A stretch of 64,000 nt of DNA from Pseudogymnoascus verrucosus (taxonomy: Eukaryota): assembly GCA_001662655.1 (NCBI GenBank), contig KV460247.1; one strand, written 5' to 3'. A program made the position numbers and the translations under genes. Shown piece after piece: positions 13,397 through 26,400 of this stretch (positions are counted from its first letter, which is position 1; every line of letters begins with the position of its first letter). The notes under the pieces were generated by a model, which had not been told where the DNA came from, did no database searches, and was given only the letters and a program-made list of their open reading frames with translations.

Positions 13397-13970
13397 GCAA
13401 CAAAGCGTCTTGTGATTGATGTGGCAATTTCTAACGAACAACAGGGCAAAGAAGGGTTGAGCATGATGCTTTTTGGCAAAATATTAGCCACGTTTGAAGA
13501 AACTAAGGGGCGGGGGCCGTCATGGACGACGGCTCTACGCGGCCACTGTCTGGTAGAGCACAGGCGACTCAGAACTGCGCAAGCCAAGTTGAGATCGCAA
13601 GTTCTGGTCACGACGCTCCAAGAGGTATACCTGGAGCATTTATGTCTCGCCGACACGTGGAGGGAGGGGAGGAATATGTAGCAACTTCACGACTTTATTT
13701 ATCGATGTAGCATTTGGGATATATGGAGTTGTTATACCCTTGTTGGAGGATTTAGATTTGATGACTATTTATACGACCTGTTATTATATGAGAATGGTGT
13801 CAATTGATATACGAGGATTTTATTATACGTGTAGGAAGTTTGCATCAGTGTGACCGAATGTTGGAATTTGTATGTACAGTATTATAGGTTTTCCGACCCC
13901 CCCCAACGCCATCTATATGCAGCACACTCATAATCGTTGCCTTCCTCTGTTGTAACCCCTCATCAAGTTC

Positions 13971-14651
13971 CTACCCCTGCCTTGGGCTGTCCAGCAACAA
14001 CTTCGCCCTCTTCTCAAACGCCTCAATCATAACCTCTGCCAGTTTCGGAGCAACCGCTTTACTCAGAGATCCATACAATGGGTTTGAGAATTGAAATTCA
14101 ATCGCCAGGTTCACCTCTGTCAGAACACGAGCTACTCCAGGCGTAGCGGATTGTCCTGAAAGCGGCTTCACAGTCCACCTCGTTGATAACCGTTTGAAGA
14201 TGTTATTGGGTATAGCAGGAGACTCTATTCTCGAAAGGCGACCAAGTGAATGTTGTTTTGAAACGGCTGGTACAGCATCACCTCCGAGGGCCTCGACAAT
14301 GGTGTCTGGGACGCAATTGAGTTTGCTTGTGAATGTCTCCTCGAATCCTCCCCATCCAACTTTCAGGTCTGCTTGCTCGGGCCATTTCTTCCCCTTCGTA
14401 TCTGGTTCCGACCATTTTGTGACTCGGGATTCTTGACAGTAAGGTATGAAGCTTGAGTAGCGGTCCACGTCGGCGATCAGGGTATATAAGCTCGAAGATT
14501 TGTAAGGGAGTATCCGAGTTTCCTTCAGAGTAATGAGCTCGGAGCCCGGGAGAGAGAGAAAGCTTCGTCGAATTGGCGCAACTGGGCGAAAGTTCTGGGG
14601 TTTGACAGAGGAAATGCGGCGCATAACTCGAAGTGGAATCGGACACGCCAT
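13971..14651 (-). CDS. COQ10: Coenzyme Q-binding START/polyketide-cyclase domain protein, mitochondrial
   Basis: Presequence-like N-terminus; LYTLIADVDRYSSFIPYC, ADLKVGWGGFEETFTS, IEFQFSNPLY, MIEAFEKRA. Confidence 0.9.
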   Translation of the reverse strand: MACPIPLRVMRRISSVKPQNFRPVAPIRRSFLSLPGSELITLKETRILPYKSSSLYTLIADVDRYSSFIPYCQESRVTKWSEPDTKGKKWPEQADLKVGWGGFEETFTSKLNCVPDTIVEALGGDAVPAVSKQHSLGRLSRIESPAIPNNIFKRLSTRWTVKPLSGQSATPGVARVLTEVNLAIEFQFSNPLYGSLSKAVAPKLAEVMIEAFEKRAKLLLDSPRQG

Positions 14652-14995
14652 GGTGGAAGGTAGGAAAAAAAGAGAGTTATTGTACAATCGCTTCAAAAAC
14701 AATTTTCATTATGCTAGATAATCCGCCCCAGGTAATGTACACATGAAGTCGCAAACAAAAAACATCGCGATTTTTTGGAAGCATTCAGATAAGCTCATCG
14801 GCCAGCTAACTGACCCCTGTCCATTTCCTTCCCGAAATCTCGCTTACATAATGAGCCGCACCTTAAATACGACAAAAAGTTTCTGTGTTCTTGACAAAAC
14901 CTTTTCCATAATAATACTCTCAACGAACCCAAATCTCCAACGACAAACAGCCTTAGTTTCTCTTGAAGTTTCAAGAGCGACTTCTGCTTTTCGAG

Positions 14996-16248
14996 ATGGG
15001 TGCGGACATGGAGATTCCGGTGGGCACTCCGATTGTGCCAGTTGCACAGGAGCAGAGTGAGCAGGCTCAGCCTATTGGCGGGGACCTCCCCGCACATCTG
15101 TCTCATGACCCTCAGCACAACATGAAACGAACCGACCCTTTCCAGTTTGGATCGCGGTTACTCAAAGAGGAGGATAACGTATTTGAATTTAACGCGTGGG
15201 ACCATGTGGAAACAGATAATGCCTACAAGGAGTATTCTGAAGTACAATATGCGAAGCAGCGTGAAGCTCCGGTTTCTGATTTTGACAAGAGTATGTACTA
15301 TCCTTCCTTTTCTTATGCACACCACTTTCATGATGATTCAAAATGCATAGTTCATCTGAGGTCTACGGATCCCTGAATGATACAAACATAGCAACGTCTT
15401 TCGCTCCTATCTGATATAAAGTCAAAAGCATTACTTTTTTTTTTGAACATAATTTTTCAAGAATCTCCGCTAATGCCTCTCCAGACAGATTTAACTCCGA
15501 TCCCGCTAAGTGGTGGAACCAGTTCTATAAAAACAACACGTCCAATTTCTTCAAAGACCGCAAGTGGCTTCGCCAGGAGTTCCCCGTGCTTGCCGAAGTC
15601 ACGCTCGCAGACTACGGTCCCTGCACGCTCCTTGAGGTCGGTGCCGGTGCTGGCAACACCGCCTTTCCTATTATTGCAAATAATCAAAATCCAAACCTTA
15701 AAATCCATGCCTGCGATTTCTCCAAGATAGCCGTCGAAGTGATGCGTGAGAATGATGCCTATAATACGAGTCAAATCCAGGCCGACGTCTGGGACGCCGC
15801 GGGGCAAGATCTCCCGCCGGGACTCGCCGAGGGCTCTGTAGATGTCGTCCTGATGATATTCATATTCTCCGCTCTCTCGCCGACGCAGTGGCAGCAGGCT
15901 GTGTCGAACATCTTCCGCGTGCTGAAGCCAGGCGGCGAGGTACTATTCCGGGACTATGGCCGTGGAGATCTGGCTCAGGTCCGCTTCAAGAAGGGACGGT
16001 ACATGGAAGAGAACTTTTATGTTCGTGGGGATGGCACGAGGGTTTACTTCTTCGAGAAGGACGAGCTGGAAAAGATTTGGTCGGGCGAGGCTGCGTCTGC
16101 TGGCCCAGGATTTGAGATTGTCAGCTTGGGCGTGGATCGCAGACTGCTTGTCAATCGTGCCAAGCAGCTCAAGATGTATCGATGCTGGATGCAGGGGCGG
16201 TTTCGCAAGGCCGGAGGCACTGCAAGCAGTTCGGAGGTCGTCAGTTGA
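14996..16248 (+). CDS. TRM140: tRNA m3C32 methyltransferase (Trm140/Abp140/METTL2 family), one 194-nt intron (15291-15484)
   Basis: FGSRLL...VFEFNAWDHV, KWWNQFY...FFKDRKWLRQEF, LEVGAGAGNT, FRDYGRGDLAQVRF, YVRGDGTRVYFF. Confidence 0.93.
15325..15418 (+). ncRNA. snR60: Intronic box C/D snoRNA, snR60-like (two LSU rRNA 2'-O-methylation guides)
   Basis: Box C ATGATGA 15330-15336, D' CTGA 15356-15359, D CTGA 15411-15414; guides GCATAGTTCA and GTCTTTCGCTCCTAT complement recalled LSU sequences UGAACUAUGC and AUAGGGGCGAAAGAC (yeast Am817 and Gm908 regions). Confidence 0.88.
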
Positions 16249-17284
16249 ACGAAACTGCGATCATCACCCGAAATAAAGAGAACGCCCGGCTCCCCATGCC
16301 TTACAAAGTCAAGAGGACGCCAAGATACGCTTGAGAGCAAGTAGGCGTTGATGCTCAGAGCAACATGGCGATATCAGATGCACCTACCGGAGGACTTGGG
16401 CATGGTTGGATTAGACAAGAGCCCTTCTTCCCCTGGTCGAAGCTCAACAGCTGTGTGAAGGTTTTGCCTCTTCAGTAATTGTTGAGGCTTCTCAAGGGCT
16501 GAGATTCCATGAGGCAATTTCTGCCTCCTAAGTGACTGGCGTCAAGGAGACTGATGTTCTAGATAGTCTCGAGCAGATGAGTGTATATAGGCAATAGAAT
16601 TAAATAAAGGGCCTATATAAAAATGCAGATCATCAAGTACTGATTTTAAATGATGTTTTAAGCTTGTGTAATTACAGCCGCTCGACTCCATCATCCACGG
16701 CTCAAGCCCCCCCTTAACCTGCATATTTGTAGAAGCACTACCGCTGACAGCGCCAACTTAAGAGCGTCATCTATAGAGACTAGTCTGAGAGAGAAATCTG
16801 CGTAGCTAGAGGGGAATTGTGCACCGCTATCAGGTCGGCTTTCGAGAGATCCGAATCCTAAGAAACAGCCATTGAGGGACATCTCGAGCCTATAGTAACC
16901 TCGAGGAGCGACTGAAGGAGGTGGCCCAAGAGAAGGACATCCTCGCGACCCATGGTACTGAGACGGAAGGGCGCTTCTAGACATCAGCGGCGAAGATGGG
17001 GTTCATGGCAACTCGTAGCCACAAGATCAGAGGGAAGAACTCTGCTATCAGGCAGGAGAGAGGGGCCATCATTCAGGCGAAGTCGACAGGACAACCTCTC
17101 ACAACAGAGAAAAGCGTGTCAGACACTAGAAGATTCTCATTTTGGCACAGAATTCAGGATCCACAGTATATTATATAGCGTATATATAACAAAGTTTGAT
17201 TCTCTCGTATCGTACAATACAATACATTCCACGCCTTCTAACGCCATCCCATCTATATCGACCAAATCATACACATCCCCACTC

Positions 17285-17804
17285 TCACCTCGCCCGCTCA
17301 ACCTTATTCAGCTTCGAAGCCGTCACAATCTGTTCCCCGTTAGCCTCTATCCCCTCTCACTATCCCACTCAACACAAAGAGCAAACATACCTGCGACTTC
17401 GTGCCCTGCCCCCTAACCGGCAACCCCATAGCATGTCTCCTCCCCCTATAACTCCCCATATCTCTCAACCGCTTAATATCCTCCCTCATCTTCCTCCTCG
17501 CATCATTCTCAATCGTCATGTTCGACAACTCCGCCGTCATCTGCGTGATGGTGCGCTGCGGGATGTCGCCGATGCGCGCGAGCGGGTGGACGCTGAATTT
17601 TGCGAGTATCCGCGAGCATGATTGCGGGCCAAGCGCGTAGAAAGATTGGAGGGCGATGGTGATCACTTTGGATTCCGGGAAGTTGACGCCGAGGAGGAAA
17701 ACCTGGCGGGGGGTGTTAGCTGTGCTCTACTTTATTTCTTGGAGTTGGGGGGTCGAGGGCGGGGGGTTGTGGTTGGGGGACTCGGAAGACGGAGGGCGTA
17801 CCAT
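17285..17804 (-). CDS. SWS2: Mitochondrial small-subunit ribosomal protein uS13m, 3 exons
   Basis: ATG|intron|VFLLGVNFPE...IALQSFYALG...DIKRLRDMGSYRGRRHAMGLPVRGQGTKSQ|IVTASKLNKVERAR*; S13 signature. Confidence 0.93.
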
Positions 17805-18141
17805 TGTGAGAGATGTTTCGGGGGGTCTATTCGCACGTCTGCGAGTTCGAGGAATTGCAATTGGCGACAACTGGCGTTCGTTTCTGCTGCACTGTCGTCG
17901 GGATTCTGTCGAGCCTCAAGAAACATTTCGGCTTCCGCGGTTTTGCCGCACGGGCCACCACTAATAGCTCTATATGTCACGTGACCTGTCGTACCCCTGT
18001 CAGCACGCCAATCGAACACCTATGTGAAACCAGGGCCACCCCATGCGGTCAGAGCTTAAAGGCGTCTTTGGTCGTCTTCCCGCCACTTCCTTCCCAATCA
18101 ACAACCACAACATCTCTTTTTCACGATATTATTGTGCAAAG

Positions 18142-18701
18142 ATGTTCACCCTCCAGCGCAGCGTAGTCTCCGTGCTACTCATCCTCACGGCCGCCTTCCT
18201 CTTCTTCGCGCAGACCGCCTCGGCCTCCAAGGGCCCGAAGATCACCCACAAGGTCTACTTCGATGTCTCCCACGGCGATGTGCCGCTCGGCCGCATCGTG
18301 ATGGGCCTTTACGGCAAGACCGTCCCGGAGACGACTGAGAACTTCCGCGCTCTCGCCACTGGCGAGAAGGGCTTCGGATTTGAGAAGTCGAACTTCCACC
18401 GTGTTATCAAGAACTTCATGATCCAGGGTGGTGACTTCACCAGAGGTGATGGTACCGGCGGAAAGTCGAGTAAGTGATGGACATGATGTAGAAGAGGTAA
18501 ATTGGCTAATTGGGATAGTCTACGGCGACAAGTTCAAGGATGAGAACTTCAAGCTAAAGCACACCAAGACTGGTCTTCTCAGCATGGCCAACGCCGGAAA
18601 AGACACCAATGGCTCGCAATTCTTCATCACCACCGCCATCACCAGGTCAGTCCCGCCCCCAGCATCCATTTAAGTAAATACACGAGCTAACAACCCCCAG
18701 C

Positions 18702-18737
<36 letters not shown>

Positions 18738-18872
18738 CTTGAGGGCTACGAGATTGTCCAGAAGATCGAGGACGTGCCCAAGGGCAGCGGCGACAAGCCC
18801 AAGGAGAACGTCACCATCACTAAGAGCGGCGAGCTCGAGGTCCCCGCAGAAGGTCTGCATGTCGACCTTTAA
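18142..18872 (+). CDS. cypB: ER peptidyl-prolyl isomerase, cyclophilin B (possible spliced TM isoform ending at 19097)
   Basis: Signal peptide, [47 protein letters not shown]; ends HVDL*. Confidence 0.95.
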
Positions 18873-19388
18873 ACCTGTTACCCTCCCTGAACGTATCTAG
18901 CATTGTAGCTTCCCTGGACCCGCTGATCCGTTCTGTTCAACCTCGCAGGCTTAGAAAGCGATGATATTGTCGATGCAGACACTCATACGATGAAGACCCC
19001 GTCGTCGGAGGGGATCAGCATCTTCCAGAAGGTGCTGTTTCTGGCTGTTATCAGTGGGTGTGTGGCTTTGTACGTACGTTACAGCAAGTCGCAGTAGACT
19101 GCTTTCAATAGGGGAAAAGTTTGAGTTTAGTTTAGGGCGAGTAAATAGCATTCAATTGAGTAGATCCTAAAGTTATACGATGTTCATTTATGCGTGATTA
19201 CCAGTGGTGACTTTGTCGTGATATTGAGGCCACCATGAATAATCCAGCCTCGGAAGTTGCCGTAATCGCGGTGGTCTGCACGTTGGAACAGACGAACGCG
19301 GCTGGACCAGCTGGGGTTCGCACGTCAAAGGCTCACCTAAATTAACCTCAATTACTCTTCATGTAGACATCTACACCAAACAACAACC

Positions 19389-21453
19389 ATGACGGACCTC
19401 TACGGCGGCCGCTCGCCTGGGTCTACAATTGAAGCCTCCGAAATGGACGATCACCGCACCGCAGCATCGTCGCCAACACGCGCCGATCCACGAACCACAC
19501 TCCAGCACGTCCTGGGAGACACAGAATCGGCACCGACTTCATCGCCACAGAAGCGCGAAGACGCAGATATGACGGAAGATGAGAACCCAAAACCACAGCC
19601 ATCAGCAGGGAAGGGGAGCGGAAAGAGCGGCGCAAAGGGACGGACTGCAAAGGGGGCCGCGGCGCACAAGGAGGCAACTGCTGGTGCCGGATACAGTGGG
19701 CACAAGGTGCGGCATCTTAAGAAGGATGATGGAGAGCCATTGTGGAGGAAGGATATTCAGTATGAATTCCTGTGGAATATCTTTGATGATGAAACAAAGT
19801 GCTTCACCAATAGTTATGATGCGGAACTGGCACCGCAGAGCTTTGCGGAACTATACATCGATGCCATGGCGAGGAGTAGCAAGACGAGCAAGATCCTGAG
19901 GGATAAGTTGATGAGCGAGCATGAGCCGGCGAAGAACATGGCTATGGTGTGCCTGTTGGTCAATCTTGGGAGGATGAACACAACTTTGAACTGTAAGTTA
20001 TACCCTACGACAAAGTTGTGACATTGCTAACAAACGCCCAGTCTTTCCAGAGATGCGTGCGCAGCTGCGGACATACCACGCCATTCCATCCCTACAAGCA
20101 CAACAAGACCCAAATTCCTACAAACAGCTGCAGGATGCCCCACGGTTGAAGTCGATCTTGAAGGGCGCATCGGAAGACCGCTTTGAACCCAACTCAATCG
20201 ACAAGATCAAAGACACACCCATACCGCGCACCAACCCCGTGAATCTGATCTTTGTCCTGGCCCAATACGCCGCCCGTGTCACTGAACTTCACTTCCCCCC
20301 TGGCCGTGATTTCTTCGACCTCATCATGCGCCCAACGCTCTCCAGCAAGTCCCGCGCCCGCGCCCTCCTCTGGCTCATGTGGCACTATCTGGAGTCGGAC
20401 TTCACCGAAGAAGGCTGCAAAGAGAACCCCTTTGGCGCTGGCGTCGATTACGGCACCGGTGTGTCCAACCAAGGCGTCCCCGCCCTCACGACCCTCAACG
20501 ACGCTGAGATGGCCCTTGAGAACGTCGACACCCCCGAAGAGACAGAGTATGGCGAAGCCAAGATGCGCGAGCGCAAGCGCATCATTGAAGCTGATCAAGC
20601 AGCCCTACACATCGACTACGGGCCACCAAAGCGCGGCCCAAAGCCCAAACTTAACCTTGGCCCTGACGACGTCGGTGCCAGCCCTTCTGCGGTCCTACGC
20701 ACGCGTGCCTCGAAATACGACTCCGATGTTGACAGTGCGCGCTCGACACCACCAAGAGGCGGATCCAACCTGCGCGTCCACGGCCTGAGCGGGGCGCGCA
20801 CGCGCGGCGGTGCGCTCAAACACCAGATCGATGGCGGATCGTCGCCTGCACCACGCGAGGCGCCAGAGGGCCAGGCACCGACTGCGCGACGCACGAGGCC
20901 ACTTACTGCGCATCAACTTGCCGTGGAGCACAATAGGAACCAGCGCGTGAACTACATTCTCTCCCGCGGACTGCGACGGGTTCACCACAACGCACGCAAG
21001 GCACGGCGGATGGAGGGTGCGATTCTGCGGGCTGTCCACCGCACAGCAGCCATGCAGGAGATGTGCGAGGACAGCGAGAGTGAAGAGAGTCTTGGCCGCG
21101 CGCTCGGGCCGTTCAGGGAGAGAGGTGTGGGCGGGTTAGTGCAGTTGAAGAGTGAGGAAGATGATTTTGGGGAGGAGATGGCGGCGTATGGGGCGGCGTT
21201 TAGGAGGATGGGGAGGAGACTTGATAGGTGGGGCGAGGGGGGGTATAAGGCGCATATTGAGGAGCCGGTGGCGACGGTGGAGGAGGCGGGGACGACGGAG
21301 GAGGATTTGGATGAGATGGAGAAGGCGTTGTTGGGGTTGGCGAGCGAGGCGGAGGAGGAGGCGGAGGAAGAAGAGGATCTGGATGATGTGGATAAGGCGT
21401 TGTTGGGGCTGACGGAGGAGGAGGGGAGTGAGGGTGGGATGGATATAGATTGA
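19389..21453 (+). CDS. IES1: INO80 chromatin remodelling complex subunit Ies1, 1 intron
   Basis: HLKKDDGEPLWRKDIQY, LLVNLGRMNTTLN|FFPEMRAQLRTYHAIPSLQ, KQLQDAPRLKSILK, SRARALLWLMWHYLE. Confidence 0.88.
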
Positions 21454-21932
21454 TTGGGGCGGCGATTGTCGGAAGTGAGATTGCGGGATGTTTGATTTGT
21501 TTTCTGCTATTTTGGGAGGTGGGGTCGTGGTGTTTGGGCGCTGGGAGGAGGGAGAGGGAGGGATTGTAATGCGGTTTTAAGTCTGGCCACAAATATGGGA
21601 GCATTGTAGTAGTAGTATGGTGTGTATCAATTAGAAGACTTAGACAGCGCTGAAGCATTGTTTCCGTATGGATGGTCTATTTCTTGTGATTCTAATGCCT
21701 TCTAACCCCTATATCTATATTACAATGTTCGACCTCTGAGCGCCGACGGCTAGTTACGCCCGCTCTAACTAAACACTCGCTCCCTCGTTTCCAAGACACA
21801 CTTGAAGTGATAATGAAATAGCCTTCCGCTCGCGCCATCCGGTTTACTTACCTCCACGCTGCATAGGCCCGACTACAGTGTTGCTAAAACAACGCACCTC
21901 CAAATTAACCCCCTTTATCCAAGCCCCCTCAC

Positions 21933-22963
21933 TCAAAAGTTCTGTCCAAGTCGGCTTCCATCCCCGCGATAATTCGGGCCATCATACTGCGCCTGATGCA
22001 AACGCGCCTCATCCTCGTGCATAAGCGCATGCGAGTCATTAGCCTCCATCTGCAGAACCGTCTCCTCGCTAACGCGCTCCTTGGTGCGCACAGCCGGGAT
22101 CAAGTCGATGAAGAAGGAGAGAATGTAAAATGTGAAGATAAAGGCGATGGTCCATTCAAGGACGGCCGCCGTGTCGAAATTGTCTTTCCTGCTCTCCACA
22201 CCGAATGCTAGGATTGGTTAGCAGATGGCGCTTCTCTGTCGTTGTGGGGGGCTTACCTATAGCCAAGGCGACCTCGATGAGAATAAAGGAGAGCTTAATC
22301 CAAAACGACGCCCTCAGCACACGATGCTCGCGGAAATCTAAGTAACTGTCAACAACACACCCCCCTTTTCGAAATGCTGAGCCAAACTCACGAATCCCCA
22401 AGCGCTGGTACTCCGCGCAGATAAAGATAGCCGAAACCACGTATCCCACCATAAACACGACGAGAAACCGATTATGCATATGTGGATGCCGCAGCGTATC
22501 CAAGATACTCAAACAGATCAACCCCACCGTCCCCACCAACGCCCCCAACATCGACAGAAACATAAACGCCTTCTCCTTAATAGTGAGATTGCGCGCCAGC
22601 CTTCCACGATGTCGTAGCCAGCGCTCCGCTACTAGCGAGAGGTCGAGGAAGACGGTCATGACGACTGAGCCGGCGATGAAGAGGGGCTTGAGGCCTTGCG
22701 CGCCGACGTCAGAGATGTAGGCGATTCTTTGGCGCGGGTCCATGGAAGGGTAGTGTGGGCGGCCGGAGGTGGTCCAGACGGCCAGCATGGCGATTAACAT
22801 GCCGAGCCTGGGGGGTGTTAGGGGGGGTTGCTGAAATGGTGTGGGGAGGGGGCGTACCATGTGAGGCCCGAGATGACGGGGAAGACCTGTTGGAAAAGTA
22901 AGCTTTTGGATGAGTGAAAATGGCGCGCGCGGCGGGACGTACCCAATATGAGAACCCCCACAT
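21933..22963 (-). CDS. SFK1: Frag1/DRAM/Sfk1 family membrane protein, multi-exon
   Basis: IAYISDVGAQGLKPLFIAG, ERWLRHRGRL, LSILDTLRHPHMH, AAVLEWTIAFIFTFYILSFFIDL; short 5' exons with canonical splice sites. Confidence 0.85.
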
Positions 22964-23496
22964 GCTTGGCTGAGAGCTGGGAAGCTGTAGTCGTCGATGA
23001 GAGAATGCGCGCTTCAGTCGTGGCGCGTTGTTTTTTGTATAAAGATGTTGATATAGCCTAGTGGCACGGAAATCTACTGGAAAGACATAGTAAGGGTCCT
23101 GGCGACCATTTAACGAGTGTTCATGTACATGTAATGTCTACTAGAGTAAAACAAGGGTTTTTTTGCCACTGCCGGCGCGCAACAGCTTAGAAATTCGGAT
23201 TGCCGGGACTGACGTCATTGCCTATGATGTTTAAATCGTGGCTAAGCTTAAAATCGTGGGCGCTTGTACCAACTCCCATTCGAGAACATGACGTACGCAC
23301 AACTCTTATTTTGCCAAGCACGTGAAATTCACAAAATATGAAAAGTATGAGGTTTTTTGTCTGATATTAAGTAAATTTTTGAATTAACGGCTTCTAATAA
23401 ATAGATATATGAGAACTATTTTTACCACCATGTCCCAAATGCATGATATGGGTAACTTCTATGTAACGCCATATTCCCATGCAAAAACATCTTCCC

Positions 23497-26400
23497 CTAC
23501 TCCATCTCCTTAATCTCTCCAAAATCCTCCCTCCGAATCCCACTCCTATCACACATCCCCCTAAAGATCCCCCCCGCCTCATACAACCTCAGCGGCGTAT
23601 CCAGCTCCGCAATGCTCCCCTTGTCCATCACACAAATGCGATCATACCCAATAATCGTCTTCAACCGATGCGCAATGCACAGCAATGTCTTGCCCTTGAA
23701 CCCAGCAGCCATCGTGCGCTGAATCTTATCATCCGTCTCCATATCCACGCTGCTCGTCGCTTCATCACACACAATGATGCGCGACCCTCTCACCAGCGCG
23801 CGAGCCAACGCCATCAACTGGCGCTGACCCAGGGAGAAATTGAGACCCTCCTCTTCAACCACACCGTCGAGGTGAATTCGTCCAGGTGCCTTATCATCGA
23901 GCGATGCGTCCGCAGAGACGAGATCGGATTGCCGCAACGCAGACCAAAGCTCGAGATCGGTATGCTCGTTGAACGGATCGAGGTTGCTGCGGATGGTTCC
24001 CTTGAACAGCGTCGGGTCTTGCGGGATGATAGCCAGGCGCGAGCGTAGATCATGGAGGCCGATAGTGGAGATGTTGATCCCGTCGATAGTGATGGAGCCC
24101 GAGGAGACCTCAACGAGTCGGAAGAGCGCGGACATGATACTTGATTTGCCCGCACCAGTACGTCCGACGACACCGATGCGCTCACCACCGCGGACGTGCA
24201 TGTTCAGGCCTGACAGGACCAATGGGAGATTGGGTCGATAGCGCATCTCTACGTCTTTGAATATGATCTCGCCGGCCTGGGGCCACGAGTCCGCGACTTC
24301 GATGGTGTGTAGCGGTGCTTCCTCTTCTAGCTCCGTGCCGTAGAAGTGCACACGTTCTGTAGAGTTCATGCCGTTTTCGACCTCAGCAAGCTGGCGGACA
24401 GTGAACTGCAGGATCTGCACGATAGCGAGGATGTAGCTCAAAACCAGGCCGCCAATGGAGGGGTTGACGTTGAAGCGGGAGGTGACGACGAGAATGCCAG
24501 TCGTGAAGACGAGTAGGTTGCCAATAGCGTCGAGGCGGATAGACAGCCAGCGCTGGTTCGAGAAGGTGAGGTAGTATGCGCTGTTCATCTCGTCGATTGC
24601 AGAGCGGATGCCCATGACGAAGCGGTCTTGGAGCCCGTAGGCGCGGATACTCGCGGTGCCAGATAGGCCCTCGCTGAATTTGGCGAACAGGCTTGAGCGG
24701 AAGACGGACTCGAATCGTTTCATCTCGCGGGCTGAGGCACGGTAGTATCCTGCGGAGAATACGAAGATGACGGATAGCGGGACGAGTGCGATTGTGAACT
24801 GTATTGAGTTAGAATTTCTGATATCCAACCAGCAAAGTTAAGGGGACATACATAATGGAAGTACGCAATAACCAGCGCAAACGTCGCGAAGATCATGCCA
24901 AGCGTCAAAAAGTACATGCGAATCGCATCCGTAAGGAAATTGTCCATGGTATCCACATCCCTCGAGAACCGATTCGTGATGCGCCCAAGCGGCGTCGTGT
25001 CAAAGAAGGCCATCGGCGCCCGCAGCGTCCTCGTGATCGCCCGGTTCAGCATCACCTTACTAGATGTCGTACCAAACACGGTGAGAGATACAGAGAATGC
25101 GAACATTAGGAGCGCCTGCGAAACGCCCAGTGCGGCATACGCGCCGATGTATGTACCGGACGAGAAGCCGAATTTGTCGCTCGTCCACCAGGAGAGCCAG
25201 AGAGAGGTCACGATGTTGGCTGGTCCGTGGGTTAGCGGGTGTAGACATGTCGAGGTGGGACAATAACTTACCTCCGTTCGATAGAACCAGGAGGAGCAGG
25301 ACCAAGACGAGACTCCACATACTCCCTGATGCCTTGATGTAGGATCCATAGACGGACCATGGGACACTCTTGACCTGGCGCTCTTCTGCTTGCATCAACC
25401 CCGCAGCCTTCTTCTTTTTGCTCTTCTTGTCCTTCACTTCCTCTCCCGCCTCCTCCTCATCTTCCTTCTTCTCTTCCCGCTCCTCCACTGCCGTAGTCTC
25501 CATCAGGTGCTGGAACCCCGCATCATTCGCCATAAGATTCGCAAACGTATCAACAGCCTGCACCCTCCCATCCTCCAGCCAAATAATCCTATCACACCTA
25601 TTCAGCACCCAAAGCTGATGCGTAGCCAACACCCTGCACTTATCCTTCAACAGCCCACAAATTGCATTATCAAAAATATGTCTCCCAACATGCGCATCCA
25701 CCGCACTGAGCGGATCATCCATAATCACAATATCCGCATCAAAGTAAATCGCCCTCGCAATATTAATCCTCTGCTTCTGCCCCCCCGACACCGTAATCCC
25801 GCGCTCCCCAATCTCCGTCCCATCGCCACTCGGCAACATCTCCAGATCCGGACGCAGCGCACACGCATCAATGACTTTGTCATACCACCCCCGCGACATC
25901 TCCTTCCCGAAGACGATGTTCTCGCGCACGCTCGCATTCTGGATCCACGCGTACTGCGGGCAGAACGCCCGATTGGCGCCAAACAGCACGTCCCCGCTTG
26001 TCTTGCGCATGTCCCCCGCCAGCGCGGCGAGGAAACTACTCTTGCCGCTGCCGACGCCGCCGATTACGGCGACGAGCTCGTTGCGGCCGAGTTTGATGTC
26101 GAGGTCGTGCAACTTGAAGGGCTCGGGGGGTGGGGCTGATGTGCTGGCGGAGTCGGGGGTTAGGTCGCCGGAGCTGGCGTCGCTTGGGCTGGGGTTCGAG
26201 TCGCCGGCGGTGGTCTTTTTGGATTTTTTCTCTTTCGTAGTGGGCTTGACGGGCTTCCCTTTGAGGTCTTCTGCTTCTTGTGTGACGGTGCGCTCCCAGG
26301 TGAAACTGGCGTTGTTCATCTCGACGGCGTTCTCGGCCTCCATATCCCAGGTTGCCTCTTCTGGCTGTTCCTCACACAAGAGGAACTCCTGGATACGGTT

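Noticed and set aside
14996..16248. Programmed +1 frameshift as in S. cerevisiae ABP140
   Set aside because: The frame change is fully explained by the canonical intron 15291-15484.
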